A stretch of 64,000 nt of DNA from the human T2T-CHM13v2.0 reference genome, Homo sapiens. The DNA is taken from NCBI RefSeq assembly GCF_009914755.1, contig NC_060935.1. One strand, given 5' to 3'. Both the position numbers and the translations under genes were made by a program. This document shows positions 23,866-40,532 of this stretch, in pieces; position 1 is the stretch's first letter; each line of letters begins with the position of its first letter. Below the pieces are notes generated by a model, which saw only the letters and a program-made list of their open reading frames with translations, was not told the origin of the DNA and did no database searches.

Positions 23866-25648
23866 AATTATTATTTTTATTATTATTTTATTTTGAATTA
23901 ATTATAGATTCACATGAAGTTGTAAGAAATAATGCAGATAGGTCCAGTGTAGCCTTACTGTTTTCCCCAGTGGTAACCTCTTGAAAACTTATAGTACAAT
24001 ACAATCAAGATGTTGACATGGATATAGCCAAGATTTAGAACATTTCCATTACCATAAGGATCTCTCTTGTCCTTTTATAGTCACACCCACTCCCCACCCC
24101 TACTCCCTGCATCCATGAACCTGTTCTTCATTTTATAATTTTGTCATTTGAAGAATGATATGTAAATAGAATGAAACATTATGCACTCCACTTAGAATTG
24201 ATTTTTATTCACTCAGAGTGGTTTTAATTTACACTTTAATAGCTAATGATGTTTTATATCGTTCATGTGCTTATTTGCTATCTGTATCTTGGTGAAATGT
24301 CTCTTTATGTCTTGTGCCCATGTTCTAATTGAATTGTTTGCTATTTGTTTTATTTGCTGTTGAGTTTTGAGAATTCTTTATTATAAACACTAGTTCTTTG
24401 TAGGTTGCAAATATATTTTCCTCTGTAGTTTCTCTTTTCATCTTCTCAGTAGGTTCTTTTGTAGAACAAATTTTAAAAATATTCATGAAGTCCAAATTAT
24501 CAATTTTTTTCTTTTATGGATCGTGCTTTTGGTGTCAAGTCTATAAACTCTTTGCCTAGTTAGACTTACAAGATTTTTTCTTATGTTTTTATTCTAAAAG
24601 CTTGATAGTTACATATTTTATATGTAAGCCCAAGTTCCATTTTGAATTAATGTAGAAGGTGTGAGACAGGCCAAGCTTTATTTTTATTTATTTATTATTT
24701 ATTGGATGTCCAATTGTTCCAACATCATTTATTGAAAAAGTAATCTTTCCTCCATTAAATTGCTTTTGCACCTTTGTCAAAATATCAGTTGGGTACATTT
24801 GTATGGAAATACTTCTGGGTTCTTCTGTTCCATTGATTTATGTGCCTACCCCTCCAGCCCTGACACACTCCATCCATACCACACCATCAGTACCACACAC
24901 ACAGTCTTAATGATTGTACCTAAAAAGCAAGTTTTGAAATTTGGGTAGATGGATTCCTTCCACTTTATTCTTCTTTGTTAAAATAGTTTGAGATATTCTA
25001 GCTCATTAGCCTTCCAATATAAATTTTAGAATAGTTTTGTCTATAACCACAAAAAATCTTGGTGGGATTGTGGTAGAAATTACATTAAACCTGATTATCA
25101 ATTTGGGGAGAACTGAAGTATATACTGTATGGGATTATAATTGATTGTTGTATGTTTATTTTGTATTATGCAACCTTCCTAAACTTGGTTATTATTTCTA
25201 GGAGGTTTTGTGTTTTGTTTTTGTAAATTGCTTGGTAATTTCTATGTATACAACCATGCCATTTGCATTTATTTCTTCCTTTTAGATTTGTATGCATTTT
25301 CATTTCTTTCCTTGCCTTACTACAATGGCTAGAACTTTTAGCAACATGTTGAATAAGAGTGGTTAGAATGGATATCCTTGCCTTATTCTTGCTTTTAGGG
25401 GAAAAATATTCAGTCTTTAATCATGAAGTATAATTATAGATATAAGCTTTGTTGTAGATGTTCTTTCTTAACCAACTACTTTTCTGACATTATTATCTGA
25501 ATGAGTATTGAGTTAGGTCAAATGCCTTTTCTGCTTTCATTGATGTGATCAGGTAACTGCTCTTCTTTAGCTTATTAATATGGTAATTGCATTAATTGAT
25601 TTAGAGTACAGAACCAGCCTTGCATTCCTCAAATAACTTTTACTTGGT

Positions 25649-25694
<46 letters not shown>

Positions 25695-27312
25695 TAATTC
25701 TATTTGCTAGTATTTTGTTAAGTATATTATGAGGATATTGGTTTGTAGATTGTTTTGTACTGTCTGGTTGGTTTTTATATTGGAGCATTATCAGTTTCAT
25801 AAAATGTACTGAGAAGTATTTCATCCTCTTCTATTTTCTGGAAGACATTGTGTCAAATTGGCTTTAATTCTTCTAGAATTATCTAGTGCAACCATCTGGT
25901 CCTGGAGATATTTTAGAGGGAGTTTTAAAATTATAAATCCAATTTCATGAATAGTTATGACTATTGCAATAATCTATTTTGTATTAGGCGAGTGGTGGTA
26001 GTTTATGTTTTCAAAGAATTGATCCATTTGGAAAAATTCTGCTGTTAAGCCCGTCTACTGAGTGTTTTACTTATTTTAGGTTTAGATGTAAAATCTCCAT
26101 TTGGTTCTTCATAATATCTTCTATTACTTCACTGGCAGTTTCTATTGCTTGGCCGGCGCTTTCTATTTTCTTCATTTGTTTCAGGTATGTTTGTAATTGC
26201 TCATTGAAGTGTTTTTTTTTTTTTTTTTTTTTATCATGTATGCTTTACAATCTTGTCAGGTAATTCTAACATTTCTGGAATTTTGGTGTTTGTATCTGTT
26301 GAATATCTTTTTTATTCACTTTCAGATCTTTCTGGCTTTACATATAATAAGTGACTTGAATTGAAAACTGGATGTTTTCACATTATATACTGAGATTCTG
26401 GGACTTATTTAAACCTTCCGTTTTAGCTCGCTTTCTCTGTCATCTTGTTACCTGTAAGTGAAGGTAAAAGTTCAGATTCCCCATTTGGCCTCTTTAACAC
26501 CTGAGATGGGGACTCCCTGTTATTGCTTTTTGGGGATGGGAATTCCAGCTTTTCATGGGATCTTTCCTGACACTATGGTGGGGGTGGACTCATTACTGCT
26601 GGGCAGGGGTTAAAATCTTGACTTTCTACTAGGTTGTCTTTGACACCATCTTGGTGTGAGGTTGGAAGCTCAGCCTCCCCATATGGTATACACTGACACC
26701 ATAAGGGGAAGTGGAAGACTCACCACTGGCTGGTGGGATGAACGTCTTAGCTTCCTTAGCCCTCTCTGGCACTACCCCAGCAGGGTTGTTGTGGTGCTTC
26801 TTTACAGCCTCACAAAGGGAGAAGTCCAGTTTCCCACTTGCGTTAACTGCTATGCGTAGGGGAGAGGACACGGTTCTTTTCAGTGCCATTAGGTTGCAGT
26901 AGAGGGGTTATTGTTTGAAAGGTTTTTTTTTCTTTCTTTCTTCTCTGTTGCTCTTTTCCGTTTTTTTTTTTTTTGATTTTGTTGTTGTTGTTGTTGTTGT
27001 TTTTTGTTTGCCAGAAAAAAAAAAAACCACAAAATTTTGTTGGGGTTTTAAAATTGTTTGTGACCATGCGCATTTCCAGATTGATGGGTTCTTCAACTCC
27101 AAGGCAAGTATACGTAAGGCGAAAAGTAAACCCTATAATTCACCACTTTGTAGCTCCTTGGGTCCTGAGGTCCCTAGCCGGTCTGCCTTCTTTTCTCTAC
27201 CTTTCAGAGTATTACTATATTTATTTTATATAAAATATAAGGTTTCAATTGTACTTAGTGGGATGAATAGGGAAATGTACTTCTACACCATGCTCCCAGA
27301 AACAGAAGTCCT
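23866..27312 (-). mobile_element. L1MC-type element retaining 3' end and 5' end, with large internal deletions
   Basis: 3' end tagattcacatgaagttgtaagaaataat, ORF2 pieces to ~26030, and an L1MC/MD-like 5' end gtacttagtgggatgaatagggaaatg...agaagtc. Confidence 0.7.
25653..25692 (+). repeat. (AT)n microsatellite
   Basis: Direct observation. Confidence 0.95.
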
Positions 27313-27707
27313 TCATTGTTTTTTTAACGTTGCACTTTACTAAATGAGTTTATTTTTAGTACCTGCCAGATAACGAATACTATCCATTTTAGAGTATTTG
27401 GCATTGCTTTTTGTGATCAAATGTGTATTTGTCACTCAGTTCCCAATCAAACCTAGCTTAAAATGTATTTCTTTCAGGAACTCCCCCATTAGAGCTCCCA
27501 TTAAGTTGCTAGTTTTTAATTAGATATTTAGAATGTTGGCTATAGGATGAGTATGGTTCTCATTGGTGTCTCTTCAATTATGAGTGCTGTGAATCCAGAG
27601 TTATGGGTAGATAAAATCCATTGATACATACACACACACATTCACATACAAAATAATCCAAAAGTATGTGACCTTCAGGGATCTGCAGCAATTACTTCAT
27701 TGGGGTA

Positions 27708-27713
27708 ACACAC

Positions 27714-27761
<48 letters not shown>
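27708..27761 (+). repeat. (CA)n microsatellite
   Basis: Direct observation. Confidence 0.95.
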
Positions 27762-27763
<2 letters not shown>

Positions 27764-27923
27764 CTTGACATCAATATAGAAATAAAGAAGTTGAAACAAA
27801 CTAAGGCAACATAAAGACTGTTTGATATTTTTCAACTTAAATGACTACAGTTGTTTAGTGGCATACTTTGTCCTTCTCAAATCTTAAAACAGAATTAAAA
27901 TGATCTTAAAGAGCAGCACAGTT

Positions 27924-28256
27924 GGCCAGGCATGGTGACTCACGCCTGTAATCTCAGAACTTTGGGAGGCCGAGGAGCTAAGATAGCTTGAGCCCAGGAG
28001 TGCGAGAGCAGCCTGGGCAACATGGTGAGACCCCCTCTGTACCAACAAGAGAAAGAAAAAGAAAAGAAAAAAAGAAAAGAAATATCAAAATTAGTTAGGC
28101 ATGGTGGCTCACGCCTGTATTCCCAGCTACTCAGGAGGCTGAGGTGGGAGGATCACTTGAGCCTGGGAGGCAGAGGCTACAGTGAGCTACGAGCGTGCCA
28201 CTATACCCCAGCTACACCTCAGCCTGAGTGACATAGCCAGACCTTATCTCAAAAAA
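27924..28256 (+). mobile_element. AluJ with expanded middle A-rich region
   Basis: gcttgagcccaggag and ggaggatcacttgagcctgggagg diagnostics. Confidence 0.9.
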
Positions 28257-28264
28257 TCAAAGTT

Positions 28265-28514
28265 GTCAAATCAATAATCTATAGTTTCACCTTAATAAAC
28301 TAGAAAAAGAAGAGCAAATTAAATCCAAAAAAGAAATATTAAAGAGAAGAGCAAAAGGGAATAAAATAAATTGAAAAACCAGAAAAACAGTAGAAAAGAT
28401 CAAACAAAAAATCCAGTGATTTGAGAAGATAAATAATATTGATAAATCTCTAGTCATACTAATAAGAAAAAAATGTAACAGGAAAGAAAGATTGGACATT
28501 TACCCAGATAATAC
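28265..28514 (+). mobile_element. Old L1 ORF2 (linker) fragment directly 3' of the AluJ
   Basis: aactagaaaaagaagagcaaattaaatcca ... tttgagaagataaataatattgataaatctctag. Confidence 0.75.
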
Positions 28515-29009
28515 AAAAAAAAAAAAAAAGAGAGAGAGAGGGAGAAAAGCAGCATAGTTGGTTGGAGTTAATGTCAGATTGAGGCTCTGTTCACAAATTA
28601 GCCAGCATAAATTGTGACATGGTCTTAGTCTAATCTGCTGCCTAGTTTACCTTATATGAAGAATGAGAAAGACACTCATCTCTCTTTGCCCAGACACAGT
28701 GAGATAATGAGTGAAATAATACAAGTGCTAATTTCCCTCAATATCTGTTACTAAAATGATCATTGGAAATAGGCCTTGTACAGAATATTGCTAGACAACT
28801 CCATAGAACAGGAAAGCAAGAGAGTTAATAGGATATGGAAATTGATATGTGTCTGCCTGTGTTTGATGCTAAAAGCAAAAGAGTTCCTGCTTGTCAAAAG
28901 GGTTTTATACACACACACACAGAAATAGATATATGTACATATATCTATATCTATATATATGTGTGTGTGTATATATATGACAGAGAGAGAGAGAAAGGAA
29001 GAAAGAGAA

Positions 29010-29280
29010 AGAGATGGAGTCTCACTCTGTTGCCCAGACTAGAGTGTAGTGGTGAAATCTTGGCTCACTGAAACCTCTGCCTCCTGGGATCAACTGATTA
29101 TCCTGCGAGTAGCTGGGATTACAGGTGCACACCACTACGTCTGGCTAATTTTTGTATTTTTAGTAGAGGCGAGATTTCACCATATTGCCAGGCTTGTCTC
29201 AAACTCCTGACCTCAAGTGATTCTCCCTCCTCGGCCTCCCAAAGTGCTGAGATTACAGGCATAAGCCACCACGCCCAGCC
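29010..29280 (-). mobile_element. AluS whose tail has decayed into CA/TA/GA microsatellite (28888-29010)
   Basis: Antisense Alu gagatggagtctcactctgttgccc ... ccaccacgcccagcc. Approximate TSD caaaagggtt / cagaagggtt. Confidence 0.9.
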
Positions 29281-29560
29281 CAGAAGGGTTATACATACTT
29301 ACTTGGTAAATGAAAATTTGCTGAACACTCCTTTGGTTTGATCAGCAGATATTTCTTTAGTACCTGTTTTGCATGTACCTGTCACTGTGATAGCTGTCAT
29401 GGTGAACCTAGAACTAAAGACAGATTCTTGCTCTTAAAAGAACCTGAAGTTTAGATGTGAAGGTATATTAGACGCTAATTATTTGCTGGATATAGCACCT
29501 ACCAACACTCTTTATCGTATGTATTTTATATATATAGGATATATATTTTTATAAATATAT

Positions 29561-29563
<3 letters not shown>

Positions 29564-29597
<34 letters not shown>
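29564..29597 (+). repeat. (AT)n microsatellite
   Basis: Direct observation. Confidence 0.95.
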
Positions 29598-29600
<3 letters not shown>

Positions 29601-30529
29601 ACTTCTATTTTCTCGCTTCAAATACAGAAATGGCCTGGTAGCCCAAACTGTCCCAGAGTTTCTCATCCTCTAACCACATGGATAGGTGTGCAACTTACAC
29701 TCATCGCAGTCTGTCTGGATTTTATCTGGCTGGAGCTAGTTGGAACATTTTCTTTTCTCCCCATTCAGGAAATGTTGAGTTGAGTTTCTCAAAAAATCAA
29801 AAGGCACATCCCCTCCTGAGGTAACATGAAATAAGATGGTATGATTTTACTAAAATTACCCCTCTACTTGATTCTCTTCCTCATTGCACCAGAATGACAG
29901 AATCTATGTCCTTCATTTTCATTTCCCAAGCACTGAGCATCCAGAAAATACTCAGCAAGTACTTGTGGAATAAAGGAATGAAGAAAGGCATGGACACTTC
30001 TGAAATCAAGTATTTTCAATAAGTTACAGCTATCAGGAAAAGGTATGAGATTAACAGGGAAGATTTCAAGTGTTCTCTTTTTAAAAAATTACTGAGGCTT
30101 ATCAAGACCAACTAAAGAACATGATTAATTACAGGTTGGGTGATGTCACATTTCCAGTTTTCCCCTTCTCTTCTTCCCTTCTGTTTCTCTGTAGGAATAA
30201 AACTCAAGGTCAGACCTGAAAGACACAGAGACTCCCTTACCTGTCAGCAGAAAGAAGCTCTCCTCTCAGGATCATCCCTGAAGGGAGTGCCTCATTACCC
30301 CTGCCCCTCTCTCTTGCTCCTTGTCTGGGTATTTGGTGATGAGGCTGCTGACAGCCCTGACTTCTTGCCTGTGGCCTGTAACTTTCTCACAAGAAAATGG
30401 TGCCCAACCTGACTGTTGATTTACTGGCTGCAACCATATTTCTCCTTATAAATGATCTCTTCATTTTCTGATGGTTTTGCTCACCATGAGCTGTGCCTGA
30501 TGCAGGAGTTTTGGAAAATCACATTATTG

Positions 30530-30675
30530 AATGCTTCTCAAATGTAAAAGAAAATCACCCAGGGATCTTGTTAAATTCCAGATTTTGTCCAGTAGGACTA
30601 GCATGAACCTGAAATTCTGCATTTCTAAAAATTTCCCAGCTGATGTTGCTGGTTTACTCACCAAACTGTGAAGGA
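30530..30675. mobile_element. MER5-type hAT-Charlie fragment
   Basis: tgcttctcaaa...aatcacccagggatcttgttaaa...attctgcatttctaa. Confidence 0.6.
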
Positions 30676-32340
30676 GAAAAGACACGGCCATTTTGAGTCT
30701 CAAAATTTTTCATTGTAAACCTGAAACAATAACCTCCTCCCTGATGAATTCTAGGGTAATAAAGAGGATCAAATCATATAATAAAAATAAAAGGCTTTAA
30801 GAATTAGCAACTCGCTGTATAAACCTAAGTTTATGCTTAGGTTGCCTGCTCTCATGCTCACCTTAGTTCAGCCATTCTCAACATCAAGAGTTATTCCCAC
30901 AGTGGAAATGTAAAGATTAAGACTTGACTTGAGGGGCACTGTCTCAAAATAAACTTCCCTGCTGGTATGTGGAGCTGAAATTCTCAATTGTATTATCATT
31001 TATAATAGACTAGAAGGAACACTAGGGAGTACCTACAGGAGTGAGTGGATTTCAGACCTGGCTGAAAGTCTAAATTGTCCGATGACTGCTGAAGATAACA
31101 GGACGAACCCTGGGCACACCCACAATTCTCACTTAGAGGAATGTCCACAAGTCTGTGTGTGAAGTATGTCCTCCAGATGATTCTGTCATAATCATTCTCG
31201 CTTTTCATAGAAAAGAATTTATATCCATTGAGCTCTAACTCTGTAATTTTGTAAATGAGAGGACCATGACTTGCTGAGTTGGCTGCATCTTTGTTTTATT
31301 CCTTTAATGCAGGGAACCTGGGAACTAGTCCAATAGCGGGGCTCTAAAATCCAGAAAATTGGAATGGGTAATTCTCGCATAAGCCAAAAGAAAGTCGTAA
31401 AAATGAATGAAGTGAAAAAGTCAAATAGGTTCAAGAAATCAGGATAAGGGAAATTTACAATACCCCATGGGAACAGAATAAGAGATAACCTACAATTGTC
31501 AGAATTCAGCATTTTTCCTATTTTGGAGATGTCTCTAAATTTAATTAGGGAAATGGAAAGTCCAGATACTGGCTCTTCTTTGGGAGAAGATTTGTTCACT
31601 GTAGACCATTGAGTGAAGCAAAGACAAATAGATAATTTAAATTATTTTTATTGTTATTATAACTGGATTTGTGGGTTGATGATACATGGCTAGGTTACTT
31701 TTTAAAAAACAAGATGACTTGCACTCTACATCTTTCTACCCATCATTGCCTCTCTGGTTCTTCCCCTCTGGTATCATCCTCAGGTTACCACCCTTCTATT
31801 CATTTATTCAACAAAGATACATAGAGGTCTGCAAGATGCCGTGGTTTTGTGCAAAGCTATGAGAAACAAATGATTGATAGAAAATAAGGTCTCATTTTCT
31901 CGCCCATCTTGGTTTAGTGAAATACACGTAATAATAATGGTTATGAAAATAACTGCTTTATTGGGAGTTTGTGTAGTGTAAGAGGATTCACCATACTTAG
32001 GGGATTTGGGAGAGGCCTGTGAAAGGGTAAATGATTTTATTTAGAGAGGTCTTAAAGATGGAGCAGATATTTTTAATTGGAGAAATGAAGGATGTGGCAG
32101 TTTTTCAGACAGAGGCAACTGAATGTGTCCTACATTAAAGGCATGATCATTTTAGAGACCAGTAAGTCTAAGGAAAAGAACTATAGTTCTACAATTCTGT
32201 GAATCTCAGTTCACAAAGTTGAGTATGCAAAAATGTAACTTACTTTTCCATTTATAAACCCATTTTCTGTTTTGATTTCCTGTTTGGCCAATTGGTAGAA
32301 ATGAAATTTCATTCAATTCAAAAAGTTTTTCCCTCATATA

Positions 32341-32694
32341 CAGACATACCTTGAAAATATTGCAGGTTAGGTTTCAGAACACAATAATAAAGCAAATGTC
32401 ACAATAAGTTACATGAATTCTTTGGTGTCCCAGTGCATATGCAAGTTATGTTTATACTATGGTCTATTAAGTATGCAATAGCATTATTCTAAAAAGAAAC
32501 ATAGATATATTAATTAAAAAGTACTTTATTGCTAAAAATGCTAACAAAGTGAGCACATCCTATTAGAAAAGTGGTATGCTAGTCCTGCTTGATGCAGGGT
32601 TGCTACAAACCTTCAATTGCAAACAAACAAAAAAACAAAAAGCATTATCTGCAAAGCCCAATAAGGCAAACCACAATAAAATGAAGCACGTTTG
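32341..32694. mobile_element. Tigger1 internal-deletion derivative with both ends and TA TSDs
   Basis: ta|cagacataccttgaaaatattgcagg ... aataaaatgaagcacgtttg|ta. Confidence 0.8.
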
Positions 32695-34214
32695 TATTTG
32701 GGTTAGGTGCAAATTCTGTGAGATTTACACAATGCCAACCCATAGTGAGGAGAGGCACTTGGTCTGTGGTCATTGTCTCTTGTCCATGTTGGCATCTGTG
32801 AAACACCCTGTTCCCCTGTAGTCTTCCATTTTTGGTCCCTACAGCTCTGTGCTGAATCCTCTTCCTCCCAGAAGGTTCTCTGTGCCTACTCTTCTCTCAG
32901 CTGCTTCTGCTCCCATCTCTAGTTCACAGCAAATGTGTGGTCACCTCCAGACCACTCTTGGGCCTTAGGAACCTCTGAGAGATTCTAGAAATGCTTCTAT
33001 CTGGATATCTTAAACAGTCTTTTCTACTCTATACCTTCCATGAAATGGAGGGTGGTGGATATTTAGAGTCTTTCTGGGTCCCCAGTTTCTACTTTAACTT
33101 GTGACATATGGGACTTCTCACACTTACGCAGCCAAACCCATTTGAGCACCCTATCATCCCCTATGCCTCAGGACTTCTAGTAGGGTTTGGGGGTGTTTTT
33201 GTTTGTTTGTTTTTGAAGGAAGGGCATTGGAGCAGAACAGAGAGGTAGAAAATCTGACAAATCACTCACTTCTAAATAATGTTAGTTCATATGCTTAATT
33301 ATTTAAACCTTTGTTTTCTGTTTGCATTCTGCTTTAATGACTCTCTTCTTTTGGAGCAATGGATGCCTCTGAACTAGCTAGACAAATGTAAGAGAGTTAC
33401 AAGGTATCTTGAAAAGACACATGGGTAAATTTTAAATTTTTCATCTGACCACAAGTATGAATGGATATAAAACTAGAATAATACACACCACGTTGCTGGT
33501 TTTCTTTCGAGAGTAGAATTAAGAATGGTTTTTAACTTTCTGATTTTGTATTGTATCTGATTATGACCTGAATTTTCTACAATTTTGCAATTAGCATTAC
33601 TTTTATTTTGGCTTAAACTCGTAGGCATTAAAATATTAGTCTAAAGAAGTACATTTACAAATGTGGACAGAGGCTGACTACAGAACTTTAAATCTCACTC
33701 TAATAAATAAAGGGTTTAGTCTGCAAATGGGAAAAAGGGATTGAGACTTAAAGCAATTCAGATTTTACTGAAATGGAGCAATTTAACAAATTGGAGCTTC
33801 CAAAAATTCCTTTTGACAACGGGGTTGTCAGTGGGTTGGAAGGGTAGAAAACAGAGTAAAAGAGAATAGGAATGAATTCAGTGCTGTGGTTGATTAAGGA
33901 AGGAGCAGTAAGGATGTAGAAGAGTGAAGGAAAAGAAAAAGAGAGGTTCCTACTAAAGCCCATGCCAATTAATTCATTCATAGTATCATAAAAATAGGAT
34001 GTCAGAGCTTAAAATGCCTTGGAAATCAACCAGCATAAGCTGATCATATTTCAGATGAAATAATGGTGGCAGAAAGAAACAGTCATTCACCTAAGGTTAT
34101 GAAAATATCCATGAACCTAAACCAAATTTTGTGCTCGTAAATGTAAAAGCTGCCCTGCTACACTTGGCGTCTGGCATCTTTCCTGACATAATGAATATAA
34201 CTGAGTAAAGATAT

Positions 34215-34430
34215 TAAGTTAGCTTTTATTGGAAATCTTTGATGTGGCAGGCACTATGACAGGCTCTTCAGATTTATTATTTCTAATTTTCACAATTACC
34301 CTTCATTGTAAGTGAGATAATGCACTGTGATGGCCCTTTTCAGAGATGCAGAAGCTGAGGCCCAGAGAAAGTAAATAACTTGCCCAAGTTCACACATGCC
34401 AAAGCTAGAATTTAAACCTTGATTTCTCTG
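34215..34430 (-). mobile_element. MIR
   Basis: cagagatgcagaagctgaggcccagagaaagtaaataacttgcccaagttcaca core. Confidence 0.65.
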
Positions 34431-34958
34431 ATTTTATTAGCAATCTCAGTTCAATAGTAGGGGAATATATACAAACTATGGTTACAGAACTTACCAAATA
34501 TCTTAAAGGGTTAATCTCTCTACCTTCAAGTTTTCAGCAGTGACCTGCCACTTGAAGGCTGAGACTGGGAAAGAATGTTTTAGTCCCTTTAGAATACTGG
34601 TCAGTTATTTAGCTCTTTGATGATACGCTGTCACCTCTAAGCCACATGGGCTAGCTTTAGGTCTTCCTTGATGTATGAGAACATTTGGAATTCAGTCTTT
34701 GATTTGAAAACCATTAGAGGCTCTATGAGAGCCTCTAATTCCGATTTTTTTAAATTATACTTTAAGTTTTAGGGTACATGTGCACAACGTGCAGGTTTGT
34801 TACATATATATACATGTGCCATGTTGGTGTGCTGCACCCATTAACTCCTCATTTAGCATTAGGCGTATCTCCTAATGCTATCCCTCCCCCCTCGCCCCAC
34901 CCCACAACAGTCCCCGGTGTGTGATGTTCCCCTTCCTGTGTCCATGTGTTCTCATTGT

Positions 34959-38777
<3,819 letters not shown>

Positions 38778-38840
38778 TATGATGTTAGCTGGTTATTTTG
38801 TGCATTAATTAATGCAGTTTCTTCCTAGCCTCAATGGTCT

Positions 38841-39868
38841 TTACAATTTGGCATGTTTTTGCAGTGGCTGGTACCAGTCGTTCCTTTCCATGTTTAGTGC
38901 TTCCTTCAGGAGCTCTTTTAAGGCAGGCCTGGTAGTGACAAAATCTCTCAGCATTTGCTTGTCTGTAAAGGATTTTATTTCTCCTTCAGTTATGAAGCTT
39001 AGTTTGGCTGGATATGAAATTCTGGGTTGAAAATTCTTTTCTTTAAGAATCTTGAATATTGGCCCCCACTCTCTTCTGGCTTGTAGAGTTTCTGCAGAGA
39101 GATCAGCTGTTAGTCTGATGGCCTTCCCTTTGTGGGTAACCCGACCTTTCTCTCTGGCTGCCCTTGACATTTTTTCCTTCATTTCAACCTTGGTGAATCA
39201 GACAATTATGTGTCTTGGAGTTGCTCTTCTCAGGGAGTGTCTTTGTGGCATTCTCTGTATTTCCTGAATCTGAATGTTGGCCTGCCTTGCTAGATTGGGG
39301 AAGTTCTCCTGGATAATATCCTGCAGAGTGTTTTCCAACTTGGTTCCATTCTCCCTGTCACTTTCAGGTACACCAATCAGACATAGAGTTGGTCTTTTCA
39401 TATAGTCCAGTATTTCTTGGAGGCTTTGTTTATTTCTTTCTATTCTTTTATCTCTAAACTTCTCTTCTTGCTTCATTTCATTCATTTCATCTTCCATCAC
39501 TGATACCCTTTCTTCCAGTTGATCGCATCGGCTCCTGAGGCTTCTGCATTCGTCACATAGCTCTCGTGCCTTGGTTTTCAGCTCCATCAGGTCCTTTAAG
39601 GACTTCTCCTCTGCATTGGTTATTCTAGTTGTTATCCATTCTTCTAATTTTTTTTTTCAAAGCTTTTAACTTCTTTGCCATTGGTTCGAATTTCCTCCTG
39701 TAGCTCGGAGTAGTTTGATCATCTGAAGCCTTCTTGTCTCAACTCGTCAAAGTCATTCTCCATCCAGCTTTGTTCTGTTGCTGGTGAGGAGCTGCGTTCC
39801 TTTGGAGGAGGAGAGGCGCTCTGCTTTTTAGAGTTTCTGGTTTTTCTGCTCTGTTTTTTTTTTCCCAT
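38841..39868 (-). pseudogene. L1 ORF1, disrupted
   Basis: Fragments 39198-39587 and 38841-39182 (RLTADLSAETLQARREW, FQPRISYPAKLSF). ATG at 39868. Confidence 0.93.
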
Positions 39869-40372
39869 CTTTGTGGTTTTATCCACCTTTTGTCTTTGAT
39901 GATGGTCATGTACAGATGGGGTTTTGGTGTGGATGTCCTTTCTGTTTGTTAGTTTTCCTTCTAACAGACAGGACCCCCAGCTGCAGGTCTGTTGGAGTTT
40001 GCTAGAGGTCCACTCCAGACCCTGTTTGCCTGGGTATCAGCAGCGGAGGCTGCAGAACAGCGGATATTGGTGAACCGCAAATGCTGCTCCCTGATTGTTC
40101 CTCTGGAAGTTTTGTCTCAGAGGAGTACCTGGCTGTGTGAGGTGTCAGTCTGCCCCTACTGGGGGGGTGCCTCCCAGTTAGGCTACTCGGGTGTCAGGGA
40201 CCCACTTGAGGAGGCAGTCTGCCCGTTCTCAGATCTCAAGCTGCATGCTGGGAGAACCACTACTCTCTTCAAAGCTCAGTTGGAAATGCAGAAATCACCT
40301 GTCTTCTGTGTTGCTCACGCTGGGAGCTGTAGACAGGAGCTGTTCCTATTCGGCCATCCTTGGCTCCTCCCC

Positions 40373-40532
40373 TACTGGCCTGGAGCTGAGTCAATTTGGG
40401 GAGCTGAGTGAAATACGTGGGTAGAGGAAGCAGTGGGTAAGGTCCTGGGAGCTCGCTGCATCCCCAAGCAGGTCATTCCTGCCTGGCACCACAGGGATCC
40501 ATCGGGAGGGTGGCCAGAGGAGCTGGGGGGTA
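40373..40532 (+). mobile_element. L1PB(a) 5'UTR fragment, head-to-head with the L1PA 5' end
   Basis: cctggagctgagtcaattt...gtagaggaagcag...cattcctgcctggcaccacagggatccatcgggaggg matches the recalled L1PBa 5' end. Confidence 0.7.

Noticed and set aside
39992-40411. Antisense ORF in the L1 5'UTR as ORF0
   Set aside because: The ORF0 region lies in the spliced-out segment; this ORF spans the splice junction and has a non-ATG start.
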